Assembly (NCBI GenBank): GCA_965223155.1
Contig: CBDCVR010000013.1
Span: 960,001-1,024,000, forward strand
Reading direction: 5' to 3'
DNA length: 64,000 bases
Source: Candidatus Multivoradales bacterium
GTDB lineage: Bacteria > Acidobacteriota > Thermoanaerobaculia > Multivoradales > JAHEKO01
Of this stretch, positions 29,120-38,456 are shown in pieces. Within the stretch, counting starts at the first letter, position 1. The number at the start of each line of letters is the position of its first letter. The translations under genes and the position numbers were made by a program. A model generated the notes under the pieces. It was not told the origin of the DNA. It ran no database searches and saw nothing but the letters and a program-made list of their open reading frames with translations.

Positions 29120-32100
29120 GAAGCGGCCCTCAACTCATCCGCCGCGCGCAGCGACGGACGTTCTCTGCGACCCTCGCCAAGCCTCAACAAACTCGGCAGC
29201 AGGATCAAGGTAAACAAGGTACTGACGCACATGCCGCCGACGATAACCGCCGCCAAGCCGCGGTAGATGACACTCCCAGTTCCGGGGTTGAACAGCAAGG
29301 GCAGCATGCCGAAGATCGAGGTCAGGGTGCTCATGAAGATCGGCCGCAGCCGCACCCGCAACGCCTGACGTACCGCCTCGCGGCGGTTCTCGCCATCTCG
29401 TTCGGCCTGCCGGGTCTGATGCACCAGCAAGATGGCGTTGTTGACCACTAGGCCCAGCAGGATGATGAACCCGATCATGGTCAGGAGATCCAAGGGCTGA
29501 AACGTCACCAGGTTGAGCAGACGCAAGGCCACGACTCCGCCGATCGTGGCCAGCGGCAGCGCCAGGACCACCAGCAGGCTGTCCCGCATCGAGCTGAAGA
29601 GCGCGCTCATCAGCAAGAAGAGCACGATCAGGGCGATCACGAAGTTCTGGGACATGTTCCGAACCGCGTTGGCCAGGTTGTCGGCGCTGCCGCCGTAGCG
29701 GATGACGCCATCCTCCGGCATCAGGGCCCTAAGCTGGGGCTCGACGTCCTGCCGCAACGTCGCCACGGCCTCCTCCAGAGAAAGACCGTCCGGGGGCGAG
29801 ATGTTGAGCGTCACCGTCCTCTTGCGGTCAATCCGGTGAATGCTTGACGGTCCGACCGTGCGCTCGAAGGCGACAAGCTCACCGAGCGGTACGAGAGCAC
29901 CCGAAGGCGTCGCCAACGGCACCGAGGCTAGCTCTTCGGGCTTGTCCCAGCCCTCGGCGCGCAAGATGATGTTCATGCGCTCCTCGCCGTCGAAGTGCTC
30001 GCCCAGCCACAAACCGTCGCCGAGCGCCCGCACCACCCTCCCGACATCGGCTCGATTCCAGCCCGCCTCGGCAATGCGTCGATCGTTGGGCACAAGGCGC
30101 AGCTCGGGCTCGGCCAGCTCGGTGCCGGGGGTGACCTGGGTCTGCGCGCCCGGGATCGCTTCGGCCACGATCTGCATAGCGGCTGTACCGGTCTCCATGA
30201 GGGCCTCGACGTCCGAGCCTTGCAGGTGCACGATGATCTCCCGGTTGCTGGCGAAGCCGCCGAAGAGGCCACCGCGAAAAACGAACGCCCGCGTATCCGG
30301 GAAGCCCGCGACCACTTCCTCGCGCAGCACCCTTTCCAGCTCGTCGACCTGCCCTTGATCGAGGGCGCGGGCGCCGATCGTGCCTCCCCCCGGCCAGACG
30401 ATGGCGTAGTAGTTCTTGAGCGCTGGCTCCTTCTCGCCATCCATGTAGGGACGGAGTCGGTCGACCATCGGATCGATGATCTCGCTTTCGATCGTCTGGA
30501 TGTTCGAGCCCGGCGGGAAGTTGAAAAACGCGTCCACCGCATCCCGCTTGACCGGCGGCAGGTAGTCGAGCTTGGGCATCAGGATCCAGGTCAGAGTCAG
30601 GGGAATCGCCATCAGGCAAGCAATCAGCGCGAGCCGGCGCCGGGGCGTGTCGGTCCAGCGGACGATTCGTTCCGCGATCCGGTCCCAGAAACGAGCGTGG
30701 ACATCGGTCAGGCGCGCGCTGGTCAAGTACTTGCGCGCCGCAGTGGGCAAGATGGTGACCGCGACCACGAGAGAGATCGTCACCGCGATGGCGATGGTGA
30801 GCGCCAGATCGGCAAAGAGCTGTCCTTCGACATCCTTGAGATAGATCACGGGGAGAAAGATCGCCACCGTCGTCGCGGTCGACGCCACAAGCGCTCCCCA
30901 GACCTGATTCGCCCCTTCCAACGAGCCTTCCTGCGGCGAGCTCCCCGACTCCCGCAACCGCACAATGTTCTCGAGCACGATGATCGCCGCGTCGAGCACC
31001 ATGCCCACGGCGAAGGCCAGTCCGGCCAGCGAGATCACGTTGAGCGACCTGCCGCCCAGGTTCAACACCACGAAGGTCGCGAGCACCGAGATCGGGATTG
31101 CCACAGCTACCAGCAGCGTCGCCCGGAGCTGCCGCAGGAACCACCACAGCACCCCAGTCGCTAGAAGAATTCCCAGCAGCAGGTTGCCGGTAACGAGATT
31201 GATCGCCCGGTAGATGAAGACCGACGCGTCGAAGCTCTGGGCGATGGTCAAGCCATTCTCGGCCAACACCCCCTGGCGGAGCTCGTCCACCTCGGCCTTG
31301 ACCGTGTTCAGAGTCTCCAGCACGTTGGCGCCGCTTTCTCGATCGACTCGAATCGCCATCGCCGGGTTGTTGTTCTGAACCGAAAAAGCATTCCGCTCCG
31401 CCCGGCGTACTGAGATGTCGGCGACGTCGCCGAGCGTGACCGGACTGCCCTGGCGCCAGTCCAGGACGAGGCCGGCGAGCTGCTCAGGCCGGTAGCGGCC
31501 GGCGAAGCGCAGCGTGTACCGGCGCCGGCCGACATCGACCGAGCCACCCGAGACGTCGTTGGCGCTGCCGGCGACCGCCGCCACCGCCGGGATCTGGACG
31601 CCCAGATCAGCCGCCCGATAGGGATCGAAGGCGATCACCAGCTCTTCGGGCTGCCAGGCCATGACCTGGACGCCGGCGACACCCGGGATCGTCTCGAGCC
31701 GGCGCGAGACGGCGTCCTCGACCAGAGGCTGGTAGGACTCGATGGTGCGCTCGTTTCCCGGCAAGAGCTGAATGAAAAACCAGGACAGCGACTCGTTGGA
31801 GCCGCCGCCGAAGCCGCCACCCATCGAGATCTGAGGCGGCGTCGCGTCCCGGGGCAGCGGCGGCAAGCGGTTCATCCGGCTGATGACCTCGATCAGCGTC
31901 TGGTCCATGTCGGTCTCGAGACCGAAAGTCAGGCTGATGAAGCTTCCGCCGGCGTTGGCGTTGCTGTTGAGCTCCTTCAGGCCCGGAAGACCCTGCAACA
32001 CCTCTTCCTGGGGCTCCAGAATCTCGGCCTCCACCTCTTGAGGCGACGCCGAGCGCCAGCCGGTCCAGACCGAGATTTGGGGCCTTTCGATGTCGGGAAA

Positions 32101-32208
32101 TAGCTGCACCGGCAGCTTGAACAGACTGAAGAGGCCAAAGACCGCGACCACGGCCACTCCGACCAGGACGGCGGCGGGATTTCGAAGCGAGCTCCGGGTG
32201 AGGTTCAT
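29116..32208 (-). CDS. RND efflux permease (AcrB/AcrD/AcrF family)
   Basis: LPVQLFPDIE, SLNVISLAGLAFAVGMVLDAAI, GLVVNNAIL and RLRPIFMSTLT; ATG 32208 follows a GGAGA RBS. Confidence 0.95.
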   Translation of the reverse strand: MNLTRSSLRNPAAVLVGVAVVAVFGLFSLFKLPVQLFPDIERPQISVWTGWRSASPQEVEAEILEPQEEVLQGLPGLKELNSNANAGGSFISLTFGLETDMDQTLIEVISRMNRLPPLPRDATPPQISMGGGFGGGSNESLSWFFIQLLPGNERTIESYQPLVEDAVSRRLETIPGVAGVQVMAWQPEELVIAFDPYRAADLGVQIPAVAAVAGSANDVSGGSVDVGRRRYTLRFAGRYRPEQLAGLVLDWRQGSPVTLGDVADISVRRAERNAFSVQNNNPAMAIRVDRESGANVLETLNTVKAEVDELRQGVLAENGLTIAQSFDASVFIYRAINLVTGNLLLGILLATGVLWWFLRQLRATLLVAVAIPISVLATFVVLNLGGRSLNVISLAGLAFAVGMVLDAAIIVLENIVRLRESGSSPQEGSLEGANQVWGALVASTATTVAIFLPVIYLKDVEGQLFADLALTIAIAVTISLVVAVTILPTAARKYLTSARLTDVHARFWDRIAERIVRWTDTPRRRLALIACLMAIPLTLTWILMPKLDYLPPVKRDAVDAFFNFPPGSNIQTIESEIIDPMVDRLRPYMDGEKEPALKNYYAIVWPGGGTIGARALDQGQVDELERVLREEVVAGFPDTRAFVFRGGLFGGFASNREIIVHLQGSDVEALMETGTAAMQIVAEAIPGAQTQVTPGTELAEPELRLVPNDRRIAEAGWNRADVGRVVRALGDGLWLGEHFDGEERMNIILRAEGWDKPEELASVPLATPSGALVPLGELVAFERTVGPSSIHRIDRKRTVTLNISPPDGLSLEEAVATLRQDVEPQLRALMPEDGVIRYGGSADNLANAVRNMSQNFVIALIVLFLLMSALFSSMRDSLLVVLALPLATIGGVVALRLLNLVTFQPLDLLTMIGFIILLGLVVNNAILLVHQTRQAERDGENRREAVRQALRVRLRPIFMSTLTSIFGMLPLLFNPGTGSVIYRGLAAVIVGGMCVSTLFTLILLPSLLRLGEGRRERPSLRAADELRAAS

Positions 32209-32281
32209 GAAAGAGTCTCCAGGTGTCGGCGGATCGGGGCGGATGTCGATGCGCGCCGCCGAGCGGCCGCATCTCTTGCTA

Positions 32282-32308
32282 CTACGAAGTCTTGGCCTTT
32301 GGGTTCGG
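32282..32308 (-). promoter_or_regulatory. Candidate ECF-sigma promoter (GAAC-N16-CGTAG) for the RND operon
   Basis: Minus strand ccGAAC-ccaaaggccaagactt-CGTAG about 75 nt upstream of the ATG; same architecture as 814-840. Confidence 0.45.
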
Positions 32309-32435
32309 CGCTTTTCCCTACAATCGTCGGCTTCGGAGACGACCCGATGGCCGTCCTGGGGCCCTATCTCCAGTCCGGAGATCCGCTTGTTCTGCGAGTG
32401 CGGCGCGGAACGGCCGAGATCCAGATTACTCTGGT

Positions 32436-32464
32436 TCCGGAACCTCGGTAGCTCCGGAACCTCG
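32436..32464. repeat. 12-bp direct repeat in the divergent intergenic region
   Basis: TCCGGAACCTCG at 32436-32447 and 32453-32464. Confidence 0.7.
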
Positions 32465-32603
32465 ATGGCCCGGGCGCCGGCAGTTCCCGAGCCCGCCGAG
32501 CCCGGCGCGCGCAAGCCACCAGACCGAGTGCCGCGAGGCCGCGTCAGCCGCACCGCACAAACGGGTGGGGCGCGCCGGCGGACCGCGTAGCTACAATCCG
32601 TCG

Positions 32604-34331
32604 ATGGCTCCGCCTTCCTCGAGCGGCTCGACTCCGGCCGGCGCGACCGGCCCCACCGGCGCGAGCGGCAGGATCGACGGCGGGCCGGGATCGGCCCACG
32701 CCTTCCCGCAGCAGCGACCGGCCGTGGCCCGCTGGCTGGACCGGGCGCTGCAGCCGCTCGACGCGATCTGCAACCGGGTCTACACCTCTGCCTGGAACCC
32801 CCTGTACAAGAGCGGCGCCCTGGCGGTGACCTTTCTGTTCCTGACCGTTCTCACCGGGATCTATCTCTTCATCCTCTATCGAGTTGCCGACCCCTACGGT
32901 TCGGTCGCTCGCCTCGACGCAACCTGGCCGGGCTCCTTCATGCGTTCGGTCCACCGCTACAGCGCCGACTTGGCAATCGTTGCGGTTGGGTTGCACGCCC
33001 TCAAGATGCTGGCGACAGGCCGCACCTGGGGGCCCCGGGCCCTGGCATGGAGTACCGGCCTCCTGCTCCTAGGTGCGCTTTTCCTGTGCGGATGGACCGG
33101 CCTGGTCATGGCCTGGGACGTCCAGGGCCAGTTGATCGCCGTCGAAGGCGCGAGACTGATCGACCTCCTTCCGGTCTTCTCCGAACCGATCAGCCGGTCG
33201 TTCACTCATGCGGACTCGGTCGGACGGGCGTTCTTCTTCATGAATCTGTTTCTGCACGTGGCCCTGCCCCTGGGGCTCGCCGGCCTCTACTGGCTCCATT
33301 CTTCGCGGGTCGCCCGAGCGCCGACCCTGCCCACCCGCAAGCTCCACTACTACGCGATCGCCGCGGTCTCGCTTCTGGCCCTGGCGGTGCCGGTGCCGCT
33401 GCCGCCGCCGGCCGATCTCCTGGCGCTTCCGACCGCGGTCCCTCTGGACCTCTTCTACGCCTTCTGGCTGCCGCTGGCGCGCAACGTCTCGGCACCGATG
33501 CACCTGCTGCTCTGGCTGGCGGTTGCCGCCGTCGCCTTCTCGGTTCCTTGGTGGTGGCGTCCGTCCCGACGCGATTTTCCGCGGTCAACCGTGGACGAGA
33601 GCCACTGCGCCGGCTGCACCCAGTGCTATCTAGACTGCCCGTACGAGGCGATCAACATGGTCGAGCGCAGCGTGCCCTCGGATCTGTCGGTCTACGTCGC
33701 CCAGGTCGATCCGGCCCTGTGCGTGGGATGCGGCATCTGCTCGGGATCCTGCGCGCCGATGGGCGTCGGGCCGGTCGGGCGCACGGGGCGTGAGCAGCTC
33801 CGCGACGCCGAGGCCTGGCTGGAGACGCAGCGGGCGCAGAGTCCGCTTCCCGAGCGCCTGGTCGTGATCGGCTGCGGCTACGGACCGGGTGGGGCGCTGA
33901 GCGACCTCACGGACGATGACGGCATCGACGACGACGTGCTGTTCTTTCCGAGCGGCTGCGCCGGCTCGGTTCACACCTCGGTCATCGAACTGATTCTGCG
34001 CTGGGGCGCCGGCGGGGTCCTCCTCGTCACCTGTCCCGACCGGGACTGCCGCTACCGCGAAGGCCCCAAGTGGCTGAGCGAGCGCGTCTACGACGACCGC
34101 GAAGCCGAGCTCAAGAACCGCGTCGACAAACGGCGGGTTCGGATCGTGAGCTACGCCGCCAGCGAGGCGGGCGCGGCGCGGCGGGCGATCGCTGAGTTTC
34201 AGGTCGACTTGGCCTCCCTGGGGTCGGTCGTTCCCGAACGGAATCCGTCGGTGCAAGCCGAGTGCAAGACCACCGACGCCTACGCCCTCCTGGAGGAAGC
34301 GGAAAAGGCCCAGAAGGAGGTCCACGCCTGA
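32604..34331 (+). CDS. Cytochrome b - 2x[4Fe-4S] ferredoxin - MvhD/FlpD fusion protein
   Basis: His pairs RSVHRY..GLHALK and LFLHVA..WLHSSR; CAGCTQCYLDCP and CVGCGICSGSC; C-terminal VIGC, GCAG and TCPDRDCRYREG. Confidence 0.87.
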   Translation: MAPPSSSGSTPAGATGPTGASGRIDGGPGSAHAFPQQRPAVARWLDRALQPLDAICNRVYTSAWNPLYKSGALAVTFLFLTVLTGIYLFILYRVADPYGSVARLDATWPGSFMRSVHRYSADLAIVAVGLHALKMLATGRTWGPRALAWSTGLLLLGALFLCGWTGLVMAWDVQGQLIAVEGARLIDLLPVFSEPISRSFTHADSVGRAFFFMNLFLHVALPLGLAGLYWLHSSRVARAPTLPTRKLHYYAIAAVSLLALAVPVPLPPPADLLALPTAVPLDLFYAFWLPLARNVSAPMHLLLWLAVAAVAFSVPWWWRPSRRDFPRSTVDESHCAGCTQCYLDCPYEAINMVERSVPSDLSVYVAQVDPALCVGCGICSGSCAPMGVGPVGRTGREQLRDAEAWLETQRAQSPLPERLVVIGCGYGPGGALSDLTDDDGIDDDVLFFPSGCAGSVHTSVIELILRWGAGGVLLVTCPDRDCRYREGPKWLSERVYDDREAELKNRVDKRRVRIVSYAASEAGAARRAIAEFQVDLASLGSVVPERNPSVQAECKTTDAYALLEEAEKAQKEVHA

Positions 34332-34867
34332 TGGCGGACGCGTCCCCTTCGGCCGGACGCCGGCTGCTGTGGCACTTGATCGCCGCGGCCTGGACCGCGG
34401 TGCTGCTGGCCGCCGTCGTCGTCCTGGGACAGATCCCGATGGGGAAGCCGAGTGGCGAAGCCGTGCTGCGTCTCGCCCTGCGCACGGTCCAGGCCAAGAT
34501 CGAGGTTTGCCGCCAGCTCTCCGCCGAGGAGATCGCCGCTCTGCCCCAGCACATGCGCCGCGAGGAGACCTGCGAGCAAGTCTCGCCGCCCTACCGCCTG
34601 CTCGTCGCCATCGACGGCGAGACCGTGATCGACGAGCGCTTCGAAGCCGGCGGCATGCGCCGTGACCGTCCGCTCATCGTGGACCGCCAGATTCGCTGGC
34701 GTCCGGGACCGGCGGCGGCCGACATCACCTTCCGACCCGAGCTCGAATCCGCCGAGGCAGCGGAACTGCCGAGCTACCGGCTCGCCCGCAGCCTCGAGCT
34801 GACCGCGGACCGGATCACGCTCGTCACCCTGGACGAGGCCAACCGCTCGTTTACGGTTCTCGACTAG
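34331..34867 (+). CDS. Membrane-anchored hypothetical protein coupled to the cytochrome b fusion
   Basis: TGATG stop/start overlap; one N-terminal TM helix; CRQLS..LPQHMRREETC Cys pair; GMRRDRP. Confidence 0.75.
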   Translation: MADASPSAGRRLLWHLIAAAWTAVLLAAVVVLGQIPMGKPSGEAVLRLALRTVQAKIEVCRQLSAEEIAALPQHMRREETCEQVSPPYRLLVAIDGETVIDERFEAGGMRRDRPLIVDRQIRWRPGPAAADITFRPELESAEAAELPSYRLARSLELTADRITLVTLDEANRSFTVLD

Positions 34868-34870
34868 AGC

Positions 34871-35815
34871 TTAGCCCGCGGCTTCGGCCTCGGCACGGTC
34901 GAGGCGTTCGACCGCTTCGACCACCCAGGAGATCGGCGGGCCGTTGAACGTGTAGCCGATCGTCCCATCGGACGCGAGAACATGCACCAGGGCCGGGTGC
35001 GCGACGTCTCCGGTTTGCGGATCCCGCTCATGCGGCATCTCCCAGGCGTCGAGCACCGCCACCACGTCGTCCACCTCGCCCGAGAGCACATGGCTGCGCT
35101 CCACGTCCGCGAGCTGCCATGCTTGGTGAAGGCTCGGCAGCGAGCTGGGCGTGTCCCGCCAGGGATCCAGGGTGAGGACGACTACGGCGGGCGCTCCGGC
35201 TCCTCCAGGCCGAGTGCCTGCAGACGAGCCTTCTGTCATCTCGAGCGCCGCCTGCCGCACCGTGTTGACCACGACCGGACACACGGTCCGGCAGTGCGCG
35301 AACGCAAACGTGACCAGAGCCGGCCGACCCTCGAGGTCTTGGAGCGAGACCCGGCGGCCGGCCTGGTCGACCAGATCGAAATCAGGCGCCGGTTTGTGGA
35401 GACGCGGATAGGTTTCTGGAAGATGTTCCGGCAGCCCGGAGTCGAGGCGCACGACCTCGAGCCGGGACGCGGCCCAGACTCGATGGCCGACCCAGCCGAC
35501 GCCAAGCGCCACCAGGATCGCCACCGCCACCAAGCCACCGCGCCCGACCGGGCCTCGCCACATCCGGGCCAACCCCTGCCGCAACTGCTGGCCCCAGACC
35601 CCGAGGAGGAACCCCAGCATCGCCAGGGGACTGGCGATGAGGGTCGCCCATCCCCAGGGCTCGGGCAGGCCGTTGGGCTGCGTGCCGAAGCACACGTTCC
35701 GGGCCTCGGCCAGCCAGTCGGGCGGCACCGGCAACGGGGCGAACGCGAGCGCCCACCACATCGCCGTGATCGCCAGCCAGGCCAGAAAGGCACCGACCGC
35801 GAACCTTGAAGTCAT
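34871..35815 (-). CDS. SCO family copper chaperone with N-terminal membrane domain
   Basis: FDLVDQAG, FAHCRTVCP (CxxxC), TLDPWRDTP and VAHPA His ligand. Confidence 0.92.
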   Translation of the reverse strand: MTSRFAVGAFLAWLAITAMWWALAFAPLPVPPDWLAEARNVCFGTQPNGLPEPWGWATLIASPLAMLGFLLGVWGQQLRQGLARMWRGPVGRGGLVAVAILVALGVGWVGHRVWAASRLEVVRLDSGLPEHLPETYPRLHKPAPDFDLVDQAGRRVSLQDLEGRPALVTFAFAHCRTVCPVVVNTVRQAALEMTEGSSAGTRPGGAGAPAVVVLTLDPWRDTPSSLPSLHQAWQLADVERSHVLSGEVDDVVAVLDAWEMPHERDPQTGDVAHPALVHVLASDGTIGYTFNGPPISWVVEAVERLDRAEAEAAG

Positions 35816-35837
35816 GCTTCCGAGACTCCGACCTCCG

Positions 35838-37556
35838 TCAGCCGATCTTCCAGATCATGGAAAGAAGCTTCCAGTTGGTGAAGTAGTAGAGCATGAAGAC
35901 GCCCAGGAAGACGAGAACCAACACTACCGTGCCGGGTGTGCCCTGCTTATGCACGGCTTCGGCCTCCTCGCCATCGTTGACCTGCGGCGGCAGCTTGACG
36001 ACGCCTTGCGGCACGCCGGCCATGCCCGGCGTCAGCGCTTCGAAGTCGACCTTCTGTCCGAAGAACACCGAGACCACCGCGATCGCGACGAACGCGAGAG
36101 CGGCCAGAGCCGCTAGCACGCCTCCCAGGCCGACACCGGCCAGCAGCAGGTCCACGGCGGGTGGGAACTCGTGCTGGAACGGAGCATTCGCAAACGAGAT
36201 GTCCCAATGCCTCCGGGGAGTCCCGAAGATGCCGGCGAATGTCATGCTCATCGCCATCACCGTGATCCCGACACCGAAGAGATACGGCTGGATCTTGGCG
36301 AGGCGCCAGAAGGCCACCTTGCGCCGGAAGATGAGCGGGATGACGTAGTAGGTCAGCGCCATGAACGCCAGCGCCGTTCCGCCCACGACCGTAACGTGGA
36401 AGTGGCCCGGGATGCGCATGGTGTTGTGCGCGATGATGTTGATCTGCTCGGTACCGATGGTGACGCCGGTGATTCCGCCCAGAAACCCGAAGATCACCAG
36501 GGACAGGAACATGCCGCTGAACCCGGGATCGCTCCACGGAGCCTTCTTCAGCCACTCGAAGCGGCCCTTGACGAAGCCCCGAAGGCGCTGGCCGACCTCG
36601 ATACCGGCCGGCACCGTAAAACCGTGGATCATGCTGGCCAAGACCGCAAGGTACATAGCGTAGCTGGTGTTCCAGACCTTCCAGGCCGGGCCCATGCCGG
36701 GATCGACCAGCAGGTGGTGCGCGGAAGCCATCGAGATGAACCCGACGTAGAGTACAAATGCCCAGCGGCTCACCTTCTCGTTGAGCACCACGGCGCCAAC
36801 CGTCAGGCCGCCCAACAGGTACCAGACGGCGACCATGGCCGCGACGTTGATCTGTTGCGACGAGTGTCCCAGGCCCCACCAAATCAATCGGTAGACCTGA
36901 GGATCCATGTCCATCATGCCCAGAGACCAGAAGTAGGTCGGGATGTAGACGATCGCTCCGTGCAGCAGCGTGATGACCGCGATGATGGCGGCGGTCAGGC
37001 CGCCGAAGGTCACGAGCGGCATCGAACCTTCATAGGTTTGCTCGCGCTTGGCGACCACCAGGGTGGCGAAGAACAAGCCGACCACGATCAGGGCGCCCAC
37101 GGCGAACAGGATGATGCCTAGGTAGTAGAGCGGATCGGCCCGGAGCGGCACGTACGAGGTGAAGAGCACGTCGGCCTTGCCCATGAAGACCATGGCGTTG
37201 ACCATGACCATGCCGACGACCATCAAAACGAAGCCCGCCCAGCCCAGCTTCGGAGCCGGCTGGCGCGCGTTGAGCGCGATCGGTCCGGCGAAGTACAGAA
37301 TCGCCATCTCGAAGAAGATGATGAAAAAAATCAGCATGTTGAGGCCGTGCGCGGTCAGCAGCCGGTAGTACCAGTCGGCCGGCAGCAGATGAACCGCCTG
37401 CCAGCGCGTGAGCGCCAGCAGCATCGCCGCGACCGCTCCGACCAGGAGCGAGACGATGGCGACCACGGCGTTGATCTTGAGCAGATTCTCGGCGTCACGA
37501 TTGACGTTGAGCCCGGTCACCGGGCAGCGGCGAAAGATCGCGTCGGCAAAGCTCAT
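35838..37556 (-). CDS. Heme-copper oxidoreductase subunit I, eNOR-type (putative nitric oxide reductase)
   Basis: Six His ligands (LTAHG, GHSSQQ, SAHH, GHFH); helix VI reads HSSQQ instead of HPxVY, so the cross-linking Tyr is replaced by Gln. Confidence 0.85.
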   Translation of the reverse strand: MSFADAIFRRCPVTGLNVNRDAENLLKINAVVAIVSLLVGAVAAMLLALTRWQAVHLLPADWYYRLLTAHGLNMLIFFIIFFEMAILYFAGPIALNARQPAPKLGWAGFVLMVVGMVMVNAMVFMGKADVLFTSYVPLRADPLYYLGIILFAVGALIVVGLFFATLVVAKREQTYEGSMPLVTFGGLTAAIIAVITLLHGAIVYIPTYFWSLGMMDMDPQVYRLIWWGLGHSSQQINVAAMVAVWYLLGGLTVGAVVLNEKVSRWAFVLYVGFISMASAHHLLVDPGMGPAWKVWNTSYAMYLAVLASMIHGFTVPAGIEVGQRLRGFVKGRFEWLKKAPWSDPGFSGMFLSLVIFGFLGGITGVTIGTEQINIIAHNTMRIPGHFHVTVVGGTALAFMALTYYVIPLIFRRKVAFWRLAKIQPYLFGVGITVMAMSMTFAGIFGTPRRHWDISFANAPFQHEFPPAVDLLLAGVGLGGVLAALAALAFVAIAVVSVFFGQKVDFEALTPGMAGVPQGVVKLPPQVNDGEEAEAVHKQGTPGTVVLVLVFLGVFMLYYFTNWKLLSMIWKIG

Positions 37557-38161
37557 GAGGATTCTCCTTGGCGATTGGCCTCGCGATTCGTCGCCGCCGG
37601 GCGGGCCGCGGTCGCGGATCCGGCGGGCTCGATCACGATCTTGCCCAGCATCAGATGGTGGTTGATGCCGCAGAACTCGTTGCAGATGACCTTGTAGTCA
37701 CCGGGCTGGTTGGGCGTGATCTTGAGCCCGTAGTCGTATCCGGGGACGATCTGAAAATTGACGTTGGCCGGATAGAGACTGAAGCCGTGGTTGACGTCGA
37801 GCGATGAGATATGAAGCGTGTAGTCGGCGCCTTCTTCCAGTACCAGGACCGGGGACCACTTCCACATCGTGCCCTGGAGATAGATGTCGCTTCCGGCCGG
37901 CGGCTTGACGACGGGAATTCCGCTTTCCTCGCCGACCTGGTAGTCGTTGATGAAGCGCTGGACCCGTTCCGCGAACGCCTTGGGCTCGACCTTCGAGCGA
38001 ATGCCGGACGGGTTCTGCCCGCCCTTGATGTGCCAGAAGGGCATCGCCGCGAACAGAACCATGCACCAGATAAAGGCGACGACGATCCAGAACCTTTCTT
38101 GCTTGCCGGCAGGCTTCCACCAGACTCCCTTGGGCGGGACGACCGCGGTATGGAGACTCAT
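37553..38161 (-). CDS. Heme-copper oxidoreductase subunit II (CuA, single TM, B-family type)
   Basis: One TM helix; DVNHGF and CNEFCGINHHLM CuA ligands; ATGA overlaps at both ends. Confidence 0.92.
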   Translation of the reverse strand: MSLHTAVVPPKGVWWKPAGKQERFWIVVAFIWCMVLFAAMPFWHIKGGQNPSGIRSKVEPKAFAERVQRFINDYQVGEESGIPVVKPPAGSDIYLQGTMWKWSPVLVLEEGADYTLHISSLDVNHGFSLYPANVNFQIVPGYDYGLKITPNQPGDYKVICNEFCGINHHLMLGKIVIEPAGSATAARPAATNREANRQGESS

Positions 38162-38301
38162 GGCAGGGGCGCCTCGGGCAGGTTCGCGACCTCCCACAGA
38201 CCCCAGCCGGTGTAGAACAGAAACATCACTACCAAGCCGAGAAGCAGCAGCAGGAACGGCCGGTCGAATAGTCGCTGGCCGAGCGGAGCTTCTTCCTTCA
38301 T
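38158..38301 (-). CDS. 47-aa single-TM small subunit of the oxidoreductase (not in ORF track)
   Basis: GGAGG RBS then MKEEAPLGQRLFDRPFLLLLLGLVVMFLFYTGWGLWEVANLPEAPLP*; its TGA overlaps the subunit II ATG. Confidence 0.85.
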   Translation of the reverse strand: MKEEAPLGQRLFDRPFLLLLLGLVVMFLFYTGWGLWEVANLPEAPLP

Positions 38302-38456
38302 GAAACCTCCTTCCGGGTTCGCATCACGGCGCCGGGTCCGCGCTCACCGCGCCGCCCGCGCCCGGGCTTTGTTCTGGCGCCTCAATATGCCCGAAACCGC
38401 AACCGAGCGAACCATCCGTTGGGGTGGGGCTCCGTTTTGGCCTAGATCGCCCGGAC

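Noticed and set aside
32209-32603. Long N-terminal extensions on the RND permease (to 32553) and the cytochrome b fusion (from 32223)
   Set aside because: They overlap each other, are low-complexity, and better starts exist at 32208 and 32604.
38302-38456. FNR/DNR box or sigma-54 promoter upstream of the eNOR-type operon
   Set aside because: The best candidates (TTG-N11-CAA and TGG-N9-TTGC) have the wrong spacing.
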